Assembly: GCA_030141605.1 (NCBI GenBank)
Contig: JAQGDQ010001009.1
Span: 1-64,000 of the forward strand
DNA length: 64,000 nt
Reading direction: 5' to 3'
DNA from: Tubiluchus corallicola
Taxonomy: Eukaryota; Animalia; Priapulida
Shown here piece after piece: positions 22,314 to 38,082 of the stretch; the stretch's first letter is position 1, and each line of letters starts with the position of its first letter. The translations under genes were made by a program, and so were the position numbers. The notes under the pieces are model-generated. The model was not told the origin of the DNA. It worked only from the letters and a program-made list of their open reading frames with translations, and searched no databases.

Positions 22314-23416
22314 CAGAGGCGTATTAACCAATAGGCTAACTAAGCTATAGTCTAGGGCGCCAAAGATTAGGAAGCGTCACATTTTAGAAACAATTCTTAT
22401 TCTCCTTGGAAAATGTTCATATTCATGTAAAGGGTGTATTATATAACACACCACATGCAGTTACTGAGACGGCTTCTATATAAAAGTTACATATAAAGGC
22501 AAGGTTTGACACAGCAATTTATAGTATTTCTAATAAACCACAAGCAGTTTGTAATGTATGCACTCAAACCAAAGTTGCGTTCCCATATCTATGTTAGTTT
22601 ATTCTGCAAAGTACAAATTTTCTGTAGTCTACAATTACTACCTCTACAAAACTACTGAATTAAGTGCTAGAAAATAAGTGCTACAGATTACTACGTTACA
22701 CTAAAAAGCTAAAATGCATACATACATTGTTGGTCCAATATTGAGTCGAGAAAAAGCCGGAATGTCAGTAAAAAGTAGCAGTATAATTACAAGTCAAATT
22801 TTAAATGTAACAGAGACGTGTGCACATAACAAGTTCCACCTATACAATGTCAGAGTAGAAAAAGTAGTCTAGCTTGTTGAACTACAGTCTAATGTATTGT
22901 GGCTTCTAATGTATGTACTACATTGAGAAGGGGTAGTCTAGCTTGTTGAACTACAGTCTAATGTATTGTGGCTTCTAATGTATGTACTACATTGAGAAGG
23001 GGTAGTCTAGCTTGTTGAACTACAGTCTAATGTATTGTGGCTTCTAATGTATGTACTACCTTGAGGAGGGGTAGTCTAGCTTGTTGAACTACAGTCTAAT
23101 ATATTGTGGCTTCTAATGCATATACTACCTTGAGAAGGGGTAGTCTAGCTTGTTGAACTACAGTCTAATGTATTGTGGCTTCTAATGTATGTACTACATT
23201 GAGAAGGGGTAGTCTAGCTTGTTGAACTACAGTCTAATATATTGTGGCTTCTAATGTATATACTACCTTGGGAAGGGGAAATGGACCAAAACATTTATAC
23301 CTGCAACACAGTTGTTTGATCTGCTCATTACATAAACAACTATAAGTCCACAATACAGATGGGGGGGGGGAGAAAACTGTCAGCCGAGCACGTCGGAAAG
23401 TCTTGATACGCCCCTG
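22314..23416. mobile_element. Non-autonomous hAT-like element with an internal 69-bp minisatellite (22864-23280, about 6 units)
   Basis: Ends CAGAGGCGTATTAA / TTGATACGCCCCTG (12/14 inverted match); no clear TSD; inverted relative at 41075-42372. Confidence 0.6.
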
Positions 23417-23789
23417 GTTGCCATACACTATGATGTTAATTGTACAAGCCTTGTCTTGTGTGAGCAATTTGCGGTAAATTTCCAAAACATTCTTTCACCA
23501 TGTACGCTTGTACCTTCATATTGGTTACGTTTTCTAGAAGGCATTTATCTGCAGCAGTTTGCAATGTATCGTCAAATTTATTTTTATATTTTTGTTCTTA
23601 TGGTCAGAAAATTAAAGATATCGTTTTTTCTCGATTCTCTTACATTTTTTGATGTGACAAAAAGTGTTTCGGGGTGGGGTGGGGGGTGCGCACTTTCTTC
23701 TTTAGCAAAGATTTATTCGTAAGTCTCAAGCGTTACAAGCTCTTTATTTTCTAAGCATGATCACCAATTCTTCCAGTTGCTTCGTTTAA

Positions 23790-24298
23790 TATTGGACTTA
23801 ATTCGACTCAGGGGGTCGAAGTCTAAGATGGCATGGCGGTCTTGATATTGAACTGAATTCGGCTCAGGGGGTCGAACTCCAAGATGGCATGGCGGTCTTG
23901 ATATTGAACTGAATTCGACTCAGGAGGTCGAACTCCAAGATGGCATGGCGGTCTTGATATTGAACTGAATTCGACTCAGGGGGTCGAACTCCAAGATGGC
24001 ATGGCGGTCTTGATATTGAATTGAATTCGACTCAGGGGGTCAAACTCCAAGATGGCATGGCGGTCTTGATATTGAACTGAATTCGACTCAGGGGGTCGAA
24101 CTCCAAGATGGCCTGGCGGTCTTGATATTGGACTGAATTCGACTCAGGGGGTCGAACTCCAAGATGGCATGACGCTCTTGATATTGGACTGAATTCGACT
24201 CAGGGGGTCGAACTCCAAGATGGCATGGCGGTCTTGATATTGGACTGAATTCGACTCAGGGGGTCGAACTCCAAGATGGCATGGCGGTCTTGATATTG
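23790..24298. repeat. 56-bp minisatellite, about 9 units
   Basis: ATATTG(A/G)ACTGAATTCGACTCAGGGGGTCGAACTCCAAGATGGCATGGCGGTCTTG. Confidence 0.95.
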
Positions 24299-25544
24299 CG
24301 CATCATGAAGATCCATTTTACTATCTTTATGTAACTGATTACTTAACTACAAATGTTAATTTTAATTACAAATGTTATGCTAATTAACTAAGTTAATGTC
24401 TGTAAACTAGTACATTATAACTGTTATAGCGTGTCATCTAACTCTCATAAAATAAAATACACAAAAACTACACTGTACGGAGTTTATTATCAGCACTAAT
24501 AAAAATAGGGAACAAAATACACACACAAAAAATAACTAACTAACTCAGTAACAGCACTACACCCCAGGAGCACCTGTGTCAGAAATCAAGGCTGTAGTGA
24601 CCTCTACAAACTTTTATACTGGCATTCCAGGTCAGCTGGCTTCTCACACCACGTGTAGGCCCAAACAAGACATCTGGACCTACAAGAAATGTGTGGAAGT
24701 TGTAATTGTACATTTTTAATTAGGTGCTGCCATCTATGAACTAATCCTGTTACATTCTTACATTCTGCTTACCCCCAGTATAATTGTACGGTCCAGTGAA
24801 TGCATATTCACTGGATCTCTCCCTATTTTAAAGTAATGGTTTTTGTGAAGCCCGTCTGCATAGTCACCTATACCTGTATATATTGACTGGTTTTACTTTC
24901 TAGTCACTGTCTCACTCTCAGTGTTCAGTGCAGCAGCCATTCTACTCATGTTTCTGTAGTTTTAATAAACACTTTTCTGTGCAAATATGTAGTATAGATT
25001 TTTATTCTTGTTCATACTTCTGTGCCTAAACTCAATCAAACAAAGTGAGTGATCTACAACTTTAAACATGACTTTCACAAAATGAGTAAGTCGCTGCTGT
25101 CGTGGAAGCAGGGCGTGTAGAGGGATCTACACCTGACCCGACACAGGTGCCTCCGTAACAATATCATAAACCATTCGGACTTTAACAAATGAAGAACGAG
25201 AAGAGGTCTTCGAAATTGCAAATCTGTATCAGTAAAATCCAACTTATTGCGAAAATGCCCAAAAGGTGGCAGCACCAAAACAGTACTGAAAATCTGATCA
25301 AACGAAATAATTAATAACGGCATTTTAGTCTAAGTACTTAGCTAATTATTTGCCAAAAAGTAATTAGTGTTGCGAATTGCCAATTGAAAAGACCAACGTT
25401 ATAAGACATCTCTTATATTAATTATATTACTTAATAATTTGATCTGATGTAGAGTCTACTATTTCTGATCTTAACATACCTACTGCTCTACTTTACTTCA
25501 CTTCACTCACTACAAGTTTTTTATTTTTATTTATTATTATTATT

Positions 25545-27130
25545 ATCACATTCAGTACAATATAATGACATTAAGCACACAGTGACATCAAAATTGTTAA
25601 ATCATACTGTATTAAATTGTTATGTTTCATACACTATCGTTGTCATAAAAGAATAATTGTACTGCAGTGGGCTAGAGAAGCAAAGGCTTGTATAAGCCCA
25701 CTGTCATGTGAACCCGATAAAAAAAGAATGGATGAGTGAACAAAAAAAAAGAACTGGGAGAAAGGTTAGACCACACAGGAAGGGTAGAAGGATGTGTTAG
25801 TGGAAATGGTAGGAAGAAAGATAATAGATTGCGATTGCGATACATAGTTAAGTATATAGTAAGATGACGAAGACAAAGTGATGACATTGCTGGATGGAAA
25901 AAATTAAGTACACATGTATAACAAATAATCAGTATTCCATGTGATAATTGATAGTGTAATTAAATTGAACATAATAGCATGAATTCCTGCCAATATTTAA
26001 AGCAATTAACATTAGTTAAATTAAGGTAAATTTATGGTATATAAATATCCTAATTTTAGTCAAATGCGTGTAATTTCATGTCTAATGCGTCTTGTTTCTT
26101 TTCCTTTTCGGAGTTTAGCACTTTAACCCTTTCTTACCCGTTGTATCCCGTGGGATACGAGAATATTTTCTGCCTTTGAAATTAATAAAATTTTAAAACT
26201 GACAGTTATTTGATCTGTTAATAGTTATTTTGATTTAAGCCAATGACAATAGATTAAAATGGTGATAAAATGGCAAACTAGAAAATCTACATAGCACAAA
26301 AAACTGCACAAGGTACAGTACTTTAGAGACGACTTTGTACAGATCAGCATAGCATGCATACTAAATGTCTTAAATACTTTAAAAAATTATCAGCAGTTGC
26401 AAAACGAAGCACATTTTTTGCTTTTATTGTATTTTTAAAAAAGTCGGACTTTGTTTTTTGGCACATGACAAAGAATGTTGTGTATCCCACAGGATACATT
26501 GGGAACAAACGGTTGTAATTCACTTTCATAATAAATAATAATAGACGCAAGAATGCACTGATGTGCAAAAACTGTTTTGTTGTCACACTAAAAAGCAGTT
26601 AATGAATGTTGGCAACAACATGAAAGTGTTTTGGAGTCGATAATGATTTGCTGGGTGTACCTGTTACTATTATTATTTATTATTAATTATTATTATCACG
26701 TTCAGTACAATATAATGACATTAAGCACACAGCAACATTAAGCAATTGTTACGTCATACTGTATTAAATTGTTATGTTTCAAACACAATCATTATAATAA
26801 AAGAATAATTTTAATACAGTGGGCTAGAGAAGCAAAGGCTTGTATAAGCCCACTGTCATCTGATACTGATAAAAAAAGAATGGATGAGTGAACAAAAAAA
26901 GAACTGGGAGAAAGGTTAGATCACACAGGAAGGGTAGAAGGATGTGTTAGTGGAAATGGTAGGAAGAAAGATAATAGATTGTGCTATGTTTACATCAGTT
27001 CTAAAGATTTATCAATGATGCCTTGTTTTGCATAATCTGTACCAGGATTGTGGTATGACTCCTGCAGTAGATGTAGGAAATTAGAAAGTGTTGTACAAGA
27101 ACTTTGCTCAGTTTGTGCATTGGGTAGACA
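25545..27130 (-). mobile_element. Two LINE 3'-tail copies (25545-25830, 26695-27130) flanking a piggyBac-like end (TTAACCCTTT near 26124)
   Basis: Near-identical direct repeats with a stem-loop CAGTGGGCT...AGCCCACTG, AATAAA and (TAA)n tails on the minus strand. Confidence 0.6.
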
Positions 27131-27384
27131 CAGTATTTTGATACATTACAGAAAATAAAACCTTTGCTTTTATATTACTCAGTGGTTCAATGTTATTGCT
27201 TTCGAAAAATGCATTGATCTGTGGCTCCATCTATCCCAGTGTGCAAGAAACATTATTTCCACGTAATATTCTTTTCTGTGCAATATTTTTTAAATTTAAA
27301 GTGCGTAACATAATGGCGCGAAAATTTTCGTTAATTAGTTCGACAACTGTCCTAGGAAAAGTCGTTTTTCTTTTTTTTGTTTAT

Positions 27385-29062
<1,678 letters not shown>

Positions 29063-29697
29063 ACAATTACAACATTAAAATTATATATGTTTGTCTCAAT
29101 TCACACAGTTTCAAAACAATGGCTTTTTCTGAAACAGCACCCCCAGTAATTTTAGCTTCGATCCGCCTCTGCAACATTCGCTGTCTATTCTTCGCGTTCA
29201 CCATGAAATCACAGCGAAAACGTTGAGGAAGTGGATCAAGGCGATAATTTTCTCATCTTGGTCACGCCTACCGTTCCAATGACATGCCCAGCAGTTCCAA
29301 TTAACCCCCTTTGTCACTTTAAGATTAACAAGCTTGTGTGACTGGCAATTTGCCGTCGGGATCAAAATCTAACAGGGTAACTTTGGAGTTCTTCCGTGAC
29401 ACTCACTCTTGCGAGTACATTACAATCTTACAGCAATAGTTTAGAAAAGTTGTTCACATAGAAAAGGACGTGTTCACACTTTGTTCACATCGCGTGTGGC
29501 AGAGAAAATGACATTTCTTGTGAAGCAGAAAAGAAAAGAGCTCGTGTTCTAATGAAAGAGGAATCATTAGAGGGTGGCGTCTCTTTAAACCGAGGCGTTT
29601 TTGCTGCCTCTTTGATCAGCGTGTACCCACAGTGAGTCAGCCATCTTACAGACTGTCCACTCCAATGACCAATGAAACGTGGACGCAAGACTGACCA

Positions 29698-29932
29698 ATG
29701 GCGCTGCAATATTTGAAGTCCGTCTTCGTAATTTGTCTATTTTTCGTGACACTTTTGGTTATGATTCCCATGAAGGGGAAACATCGGGACATAGCCCGTT
29801 ACTTCCAGGAGAAACATCCGGTTCACATGAAGGGGAAACATCAGGACCTAGCCCGTTACTTCCAGGAGAAACATCCGGTGCCCTCAAAGAACTTTGAAAA
29901 CGTTACAGCAAAGTTAGAAAACTCTTTCAAAG
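29698..29932 (+). CDS. WSCD-family sulfotransferase exon 1 (type II membrane anchor plus stem)
   Basis: MALQYLKSVFVICLFFVTLLVMIP anchor, 57-bp in-frame stem duplication, phase-1 donor G|GTAAGT; three CCAAT motifs at 29662-29699. Confidence 0.78.
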
Positions 29933-30067
29933 GTAAGTTATAACTGTTATGTATCTATGCAGAAATCATAAGATCTGTGTATAAGTAGTATCATCATCAT
30001 TATCATCATCATCATGAGTAGTATAACGAATGTTTGGGCTTTCAAAACCAAATTCGAAGCTCGATTA

Positions 30068-30972
30068 AATTTTGCTCTTTCTTCGCTCTTTATTTGCCAA
30101 AACATGTCATTCCATCTAAACATAAGAAATTTGTGCCAAAAATAACAAAAAACAACAATAGTCAAAAGTCAATTTTACATAATCAAGAGTTATACACTGC
30201 ACTGTCGTATTAATTAATACCTAGTTGTTATTTTAAACTAAATTTAAGTTTTATTAAAGTAAATAGAGGATATACATACGTTATTAGCCCCAAATCATGA
30301 GCAATTGTAAACAGATAATGACAACATCTTATCAACTTATCATCACACGTCTTCACTTCACAGTAGGCCTCTGACCCAGATCAAATTGATGACGTGATTA
30401 GGCAAAAAAACCGCCTCAAAGTGGCCAAAGCCGACAACAAGCGAAAGCTGCTATGTATGCCAATGCGAGATTTCCAGTACAATGAAGAAAACATAATTAT
30501 GCTTCAAAGTATTCTAAGTAACATTGTACTGGAAATCTTGCATTAGTGTACTTACAGCCTTCGTTTGTTGTCAGCTTTGGCCACGTTATGGCGATTTTTG
30601 GCCTAATCACATGATCAATTTGATCTGGGTCAGAGGCCTACTGTGAAGTGAATACGTGTCATGATAAGTTTATAAGATATTGTCGTTATCTGTTTACAAT
30701 TACTCGTGATTTGGGGCTAATAACGTATGTATATCCTCTAATTACTTTAATAAACACAAATTTAGTTTAAAATAACAGCTAGGTATTAATTAATACGACA
30801 GTGCAGTGCATAACTCTTAATTATGTAAAATTGACTTTTGGCTATTATTATTTTTTGTTATTTGTTTATTTGTTATTTTTTGTTTATTTGTTATTTTTTG
30901 GCACTAATTTCTTATTATGTTTAGATGCAATGACGTGTTTTGGGTAATAAAGAGCAAAGAAAGAGCAAAATT
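30068..30972. mobile_element. Foldback/MITE-like palindrome in intron 1
   Basis: Arms 30068-30484 and 30522-30972 are reverse complements around a 37-bp spacer. Confidence 0.9.
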
Positions 30973-31158
30973 GAGTCTAGAACTACAGAATTAAATGCAA
31001 ATTTGTAAAAAGTCCTTCTTTATTTTTTTAATGGAAATGACGTATAAAACACTACAATATTTTGTTGTAATATGGCAGACATTGATTGTAGTTCAGTAAG
31101 CTTACAGTAAATGAATATTTTCTTACTTTTACACAAAGACGTATTATCCAAATTGCTA

Positions 31159-32166
<1,008 letters not shown>

Positions 32167-32510
32167 GGAATGCAACAAGAAACACCGGCCTCTCTATACA
32201 TAAAAATTTATACCCCTTTTATTGCCCGCTTACCACAAATGCAGGGCTGCAACATTACACGCTACAGTGTTGTGGCAGACGTAATTCACTTTTCAATTCA
32301 ATTCAAATGTTTATTTCGGTAACTAAGACCATATAAAGTACAAATACAGAAATAAGATGAAATAGAATACAATGAAATAAAAATGACAACAATGTTATGT
32401 GCACAGCGTTAGTAAATTTAAAGCTAAATAAATTTTTAGGGTAGAACGTACCATTTACTTGATGAAAAAATCAATAATCCTATTACAGACATATTCTTGT
32501 TTGTTTTTAG

Positions 32511-32738
32511 TCATTCCAAGAGCAGCGCAGGACATATTGAACAAAAAGATCAACAATGGACGAGTCGTAGTGGTCAAAACTCACGGTGTGAAACACCACA
32601 GCGAATTTGAAGGTGCAATTCTGCTAATACGAAGTCCATACGATGCTACATTTGCAGATTTCAACAGATTCATTTACTATCGGTACAAACTGCTGAATCA
32701 ACCACTGCCAAACTTGTCTGATGAGGAAGTTTACAAAA
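32511..32738 (+). CDS. WSCD-family sulfotransferase exon 3
   Basis: VVVKTHG and AILLIRSPYDATFADFNR (3'-PB); TTTTAG acceptor, GTATGT donor, phase 1-1. Confidence 0.92.
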
Positions 32739-33118
32739 GTATGTCAAAACAACTGTGTTTCAAGTGTTTCCTAGTTATAGGATAGTATATCTCTCCAGTT
32801 TTTTCTTCTGTGAATCTGCGATATGAATCTTGTGTTGTTTAGATATTGCACTTGGTAGTGCACAAGTTATGCAGTGCCATGCGAGGTCAGTAAGTGGATA
32901 ATCACGGGAGTCACAGGTTCAATTCGCTTTTATTCGCTGTGCTACATTGAGCTATTTCTCCCATCGAGACGGATATAGAGCCTAAATAAGACCAAGTAAC
33001 CCTCCTCTCTGGGCTGGTACAGTCATTTGCAAAAGTTTAAGACCAAAGTGATTTTTTCATGAAAATTGACAAAAACCATCGTTTAACACGGTTCCATTTG
33101 AAAACTATTCATTTATTC

Positions 33119-33599
33119 CAGGGGTGTGCAAATTATCTAACTAGCCGGGCCACATTAAACTTTCCCGCAATTCCTGCAGGCCACAGGCAGTTTGATCAAG
33201 GAGCCAAGTACAGAAAGGCCTAATAACGATTTTTTGCATCCGACCTGCGTAAATCATTACTACTGCACTCAAGAAACTATTTTAGAAGTTATTAAAATTT
33301 ATATTACAAACCATATATTTCTACTTTCAGGACAGATAGTGGTAATTTCATTTCAATGCATATTAGTAATGTGTATCACACAGTCTGTGTAGTACGGTGA
33401 CATTAAGCTACAACCGTCTTGTAAGGGTTAATGGCATCCGATCTAGTAGAAAAAACTACCCGCACTATCTTTGGGATCGTGGCACGGACTTCAGCTGGAT
33501 ACACTCAATTAATCGCCCGGGCCACACTTTCATTAGGTTGACAAATCTCTTCGCGGGCCACACAAATTCTCTCGGCGGGCCGCAATTTGCACACACGTA
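33119..33599 (+). mobile_element. hAT (Charlie-like) MITE with 8-bp TSD
   Basis: CAGGGGTGTGCAAA ... TTTGCACACACGTA; TSD ATTTATTC at 33111-33118 and 33600-33607. Confidence 0.88.
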
Positions 33600-34004
33600 A
33601 TTTATTCTTTTAGAAAAATATACTACAGCATAGTTTGTATGTTTTTATCCAAAAATAGTCACAGTCCTTTAACATTTTAGTACTTTGTATGGCCGCCGAA
33701 GTTGTCAATCACTGCCTTCATTCTATGAGGCTTTGCTTCTTGACCACCATGCAGCGTCTATTTCTTGTTGACAAACTATTATGTAGTTTAGTAACTATGT
33801 TAGTACACTTCTGTTAAATTTTTGTAACTATATTTGGAATTTTTCCCTAACTATATCATGCTATAGTATACTAATGTAGTTCTGTTACAATTATTGTAAC
33901 TATATTTCATTTTCTAGTTATAGGGCATAATAGTTAAAGATAATAATGCAAATTGTAATGTAAAAATACATGCTGAAGTGATAATAAATTACAAATTACA
34001 ATAC

Positions 34005-34372
34005 AAAGATTAGTACATAGATGGCTGCACCTAACTACAATGTACAATACCAACTTCCACAGATCAATTTTAGCATTATTTAGTCAATTCAGCTGGTAGA
34101 ATGTAGCAAGATTAGCACATAGATGGCAGCACCTAACTACAATGTACAATACCAACTTCCACAGATCAATTTAAGCATTATTTAGTCAATTCAGCTGGTA
34201 GAATGTAACAAGATTAGCACATAGATGGCAGCACCTAACTACAATGTACAATACCAACTTCCACAGATCAATTTAAGCATTATTTAGTCAATTCAGCTGG
34301 TAGAATGTAACAAGATTAGCACATAGATGGCAGCACCTAACTACAATGTACAATACCAACTTCCACAGATCA
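34005..34372. repeat. About 101-bp tandem repeat x3.5 in intron 3
   Basis: AAGATTAGCACATAGATGGCAGCACCTAAC...; an inverted single copy lies near 24690-24750. Confidence 0.9.
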
Positions 34373-34426
34373 TTATTTAATCAATTCTTGTTTGTTATAA
34401 TTATGAATCTGTTTATATTTTTGCAG

Positions 34427-34869
34427 ATTGGACTCAATGGGCAACGTCCTATTACTTCATTCCTGTCCAGTGGTTTAAGTTTAACATGATATGGCTGAAA
34501 AATTCACCTCGAGTGCTCGTTGTAATTTACGAAGACTTGAAGAAGAATCTCGAGAAAGAGCTACAGCGCATGCTCACATTCTTAGGCTACAACGTCACGA
34601 GTGACGTCAGCCAGCAACGAGAAAGTCGTGTTGAGAATGTCAGTGCAAAACACGCAGACATTACTGCACGATTTAAGTGTACGCTAGCTCACCCTGGTGA
34701 CGATGTTAAACGCACGCATTTTACCAATAGGACGTCAAGCGATTATTATAAGAACATCTTCTTGAACGTTCCATATTTTCGCAAGAAAGTGAATATGTAT
34801 ATTGACAGGTTATCTGTCGCTCTAGAAGACAAAGGTTTTAATCGTTTGCCTGATTCCTACTATAGATGA
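34427..34869 (+). CDS. WSCD-family sulfotransferase exon 4 (last); spliced product 356 aa
   Basis: TTGCAG acceptor; WTQWAT...WLKNSPRVLVVIYEDLKKNLEKELQRMLTFLG...RFKC. Exon lengths 235+165+228+443 = 1071 nt. Confidence 0.92.
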
Positions 34870-35335
34870 TGATGTTCGTCCTTCGAATCGAAGATGACCA
34901 TAGTGACAGGGATAAAGGGTCAGTTTGCGGCAAACCATCTAGGTGAAGGAAAACACTGATCACAAACCTCCACTGCCTTGTGGCTATATCCTCGATGAGA
35001 AAGGCTTCGGGAGTAAACCTCAAGGAAAAATCCGGAAATGGAGTCCCTATAGGCGGGTCATGTTGCATAGCACTATGATTCTGACAACTCCTGCGACGCC
35101 TGAAGTACCAGATGTACTGGCTCTGCCTTTCCCATGGATCACACTTCTGGCGTGGAGAGAGTGAGGCTTTTGCGACCTGGTGCAATCCCTCCCTCACTTT
35201 AAACCAAGTCACGCACAAATCATGATGACAGGTCACCACCTGGCGTAGAGAGAGTGAGGCTGGTGACCTGGCGCAATCCCTCCCTCACTTTAAACCAAGT
35301 CACGCACAAGTCATGATGACAGGTCACCACCAAAA
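34865..35335. mobile_element. RTE-clade retrotransposon remnants (inverted 3' tail plus 5' UTR) directly after the stop codon
   Basis: CTAGGTGAAGGAAAAC...AAACCTCCACTGCCTTG...AAAGGCTTCGGGAGTAAACC resembles RTE 5' UTRs (recalled, not searched); about 90-bp internal duplication 35149-35331. Confidence 0.55.
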
Positions 35336-35395
35336 ATTAAATAAAACTATAAATAATTATGAAATAAATGACTTACAGCACGGCTGTCAGTGAGA

Positions 35396-37037
35396 CCAAG
35401 TCTTTACCACTTGCTGATAGTCGTCCCCTACGGAACAAGTCCTTACCACTTGCTGATGGTCGTCCCCTACGGAACAAGTCGTTACCACTTGCTGATGGTC
35501 GTCCCCTACGGAACAAGCCATTACCACTTGCTGATAGTCGTCCCCTACGGAACAAGTCGCTACCACTTGCTGATGGTCGTCCCCTACGGAACAAGTCGCT
35601 ACCACTTGCTGATGGTCGTCCCCTACGGAACAAGTCGTTACCACTTGCTGATAGTCGTCCCCTACGGAACAAGTCCTTACCACTTGCTGATGGTCGTCCC
35701 CTACGGAACAAGTCGCTACCACTTGCTGATGGTCGTCCCCTACGGAACAAGCCATTACCACTTGCTGATAGTCGTCCCCTGCGGAACAAGTCGTTGCCAC
35801 TTGCTGATAGTCGTCCCCTACGGAACAAGTCGCTACCACTTGCTGATAGTCGTCCCCTACGGAACAAGCCATTACCACTTGCTGATAGTCGTCCCCTACG
35901 GAACAAGTCGCTACCACTTGCTGATAGTCGTCCCCTATGGAACAAGTCGCTACTACTTGCTGATAGTCGTCCCCTACGGAACAAGTCCTTACCACTTGCT
36001 GATGGTCGTCCCCTACGGAACAAGTCGCTACCACTTGCTGATGGTCGTCCCCTACGGAACAAGTCGCTACCACTTGCTGATAGTCGTCCCCTACGGAACA
36101 AGTAGTTACCACTTGCTGATAGTCGTCCCCTACGGAACAAGTCCTTACCACTTGCTGATAGTCGTCCCCTACGGAACAAGTCGCTACCACTTGCTGATGG
36201 TCGTCCCCTACGGAACAAGTCGCTACCACTTGCTGATAGTCGTCCCCTACGGAACAAGCCATTACCACTTGCTGATAGTCGTCCCCTACGGAACAAGTCG
36301 TTACCACTTGCTGATAGTCGTCCCCTACGGAACAAGTCCTTACCACTTGCTGATAGTCGTCCCCTACGGAACAAGTCGCTACCACTTGCTGATGGTCGTC
36401 CCCTACGGAACAAGTCGCTACCACTTGCTGATAGTCGTCCCCTACGGAACAAGTCCTTAACACTTGCTGATAGTCGTCCCCTACGGAACAAGTCGTTACC
36501 ACTTGCTGATGGTCGTCCCCTACGGAAAAAGTCGCTACCACTTGCTGATGGTCGTCCCCTACGGAACAAGTCGCTACCACTTGCTGATAGTCGTCCCCTA
36601 CGGAACAAGTCGTTACCACTTGCTGATAGTCGTCCCCTACGGAACAAGTCGCTACCACTTGCTGATAGTCGTCCCCTATGGAACAAGCCATTACCACTTG
36701 CTGATAGTCGTCCCCTACGGAACAAGTCGCTACCACTTGCTGATAGTCGTCCCCTACGGAACAAGTCGCTACCACTTGCTGATGGTCGTCCCCTACGGAA
36801 CAAGTCGTTACCACTTGCTGATGGTCGTCCCCTACGGAACAAGTCGCTACCACTTGCTGATGGTCGTCCCCTACGGAACAAGTCGTTACCACTTGCTGAT
36901 AGTCGTCCCCTACGGAACAAGTCGCTACCACTTGCTGATGGTCGTCCCCTACGGAACAAGTCGCTACCACTTGCTGATAGTCGTCCCCTACGGAACAAGC
37001 CATTACCACTTGCTGATAGTCGTCCCCTACGGAACAA
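35396..37037. repeat. 39-bp minisatellite, about 42 units
   Basis: ACAAG(TCCT/TCGT/TCGC/CCAT)TACCACTTGCTGAT(A/G)GTCGTCCCCTACGGA. Confidence 0.97.
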
Positions 37038-38082
37038 TGATTGCTTTTGACTATAAACTGATAAGGCTGAACCAGAAAGGCATGTTTGTCTGAAGTGCCC
37101 AGGAATAAAAATTGAGCACGTTCACATTATGTGCTTAATGGCTAAATATAAGCAATGATGAATCTAGTTTCATAATGGATACGTGGCGGGAACTACTTCA
37201 GGCGATATTTATTACTTTTGGGAATGTGTCGTCATGCCACACAGATGTTTATATTGAAGGAAGATGTCTGGAAAATAGCTAATTAACACAACCTCTGCCA
37301 AGTTCAACATCTAGTCTCTGAAGATTGATATGATAATGAGTTACAGACAGTAAAAAATACTAATCCCCTAACATTGACCACTGGATTACATCTTCCAGAA
37401 TGTCAAAAAATTAAGAGTTGTGATGACTTCTAGTCAAAAAGGCGTTTTGAGCCACGCTTGCATTTTTGTAAATGAGCCAGTTCACCTTTGCTTTTGCCTT
37501 TACTCCAGTATTAATCATTTTGTTAAACACGTGGTTCTTGAAGATTAAAGGAAAACCAGGCGATGGTGTATACATTAGTTCAGAATAAAGAATGCTCTAA
37601 AATATTGAAAACTACAATAGCTTTTTGTAAACCAAAGCTTAGGTTAAATAATAATTACCTCAGATACCCAAATTTTGTTATACTTTCAAAGCTACGCGCG
37701 GAATTTTGTCACATTCGCGTGGCCGACAAATAGAAGGTGGTACTGTGATAACCATGATCATAAACTGCAGTGTTAGATTCTGACGTCATATGACGTAGAG
37801 CCCATTTTTCGTGACATCATGCGTTTAAACAGTACTACAACATTTATGCAAATGTGCTTACGCAAGGGAACATGCCTGCCATTGCACAAACTGTGGTTAG
37901 TTTCTGACGTAAGCAATACCTGTGTTCTGTCGCCGTTAATTAACTTTCTAAGCTAATTATTCAAATATAAGGAACAATTGTTAACTTTCATAGGCAAAAA
38001 AACGTATATTTTGGACAGTAAATTAAAATGAGATTGAGTCTAAACAATCGTCCGGTCTTCCTTTAACCACTTCACAGATTAA

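Noticed and set aside
23790-24298. Palindromic repeats resembling a CRISPR array
   Set aside because: Units are contiguous and near-identical; no spacers.
18745-26160. piggyBac-like TTAACCCT ends as one element
   Set aside because: The two ends face outward, so they are separate fragments.
35368-37093. Long ORFs on both strands, and a CRISPR-like look
   Set aside because: Pure 39-bp tandem repeat (multiple of 3) with no unique spacers, no cas genes and a eukaryotic context.
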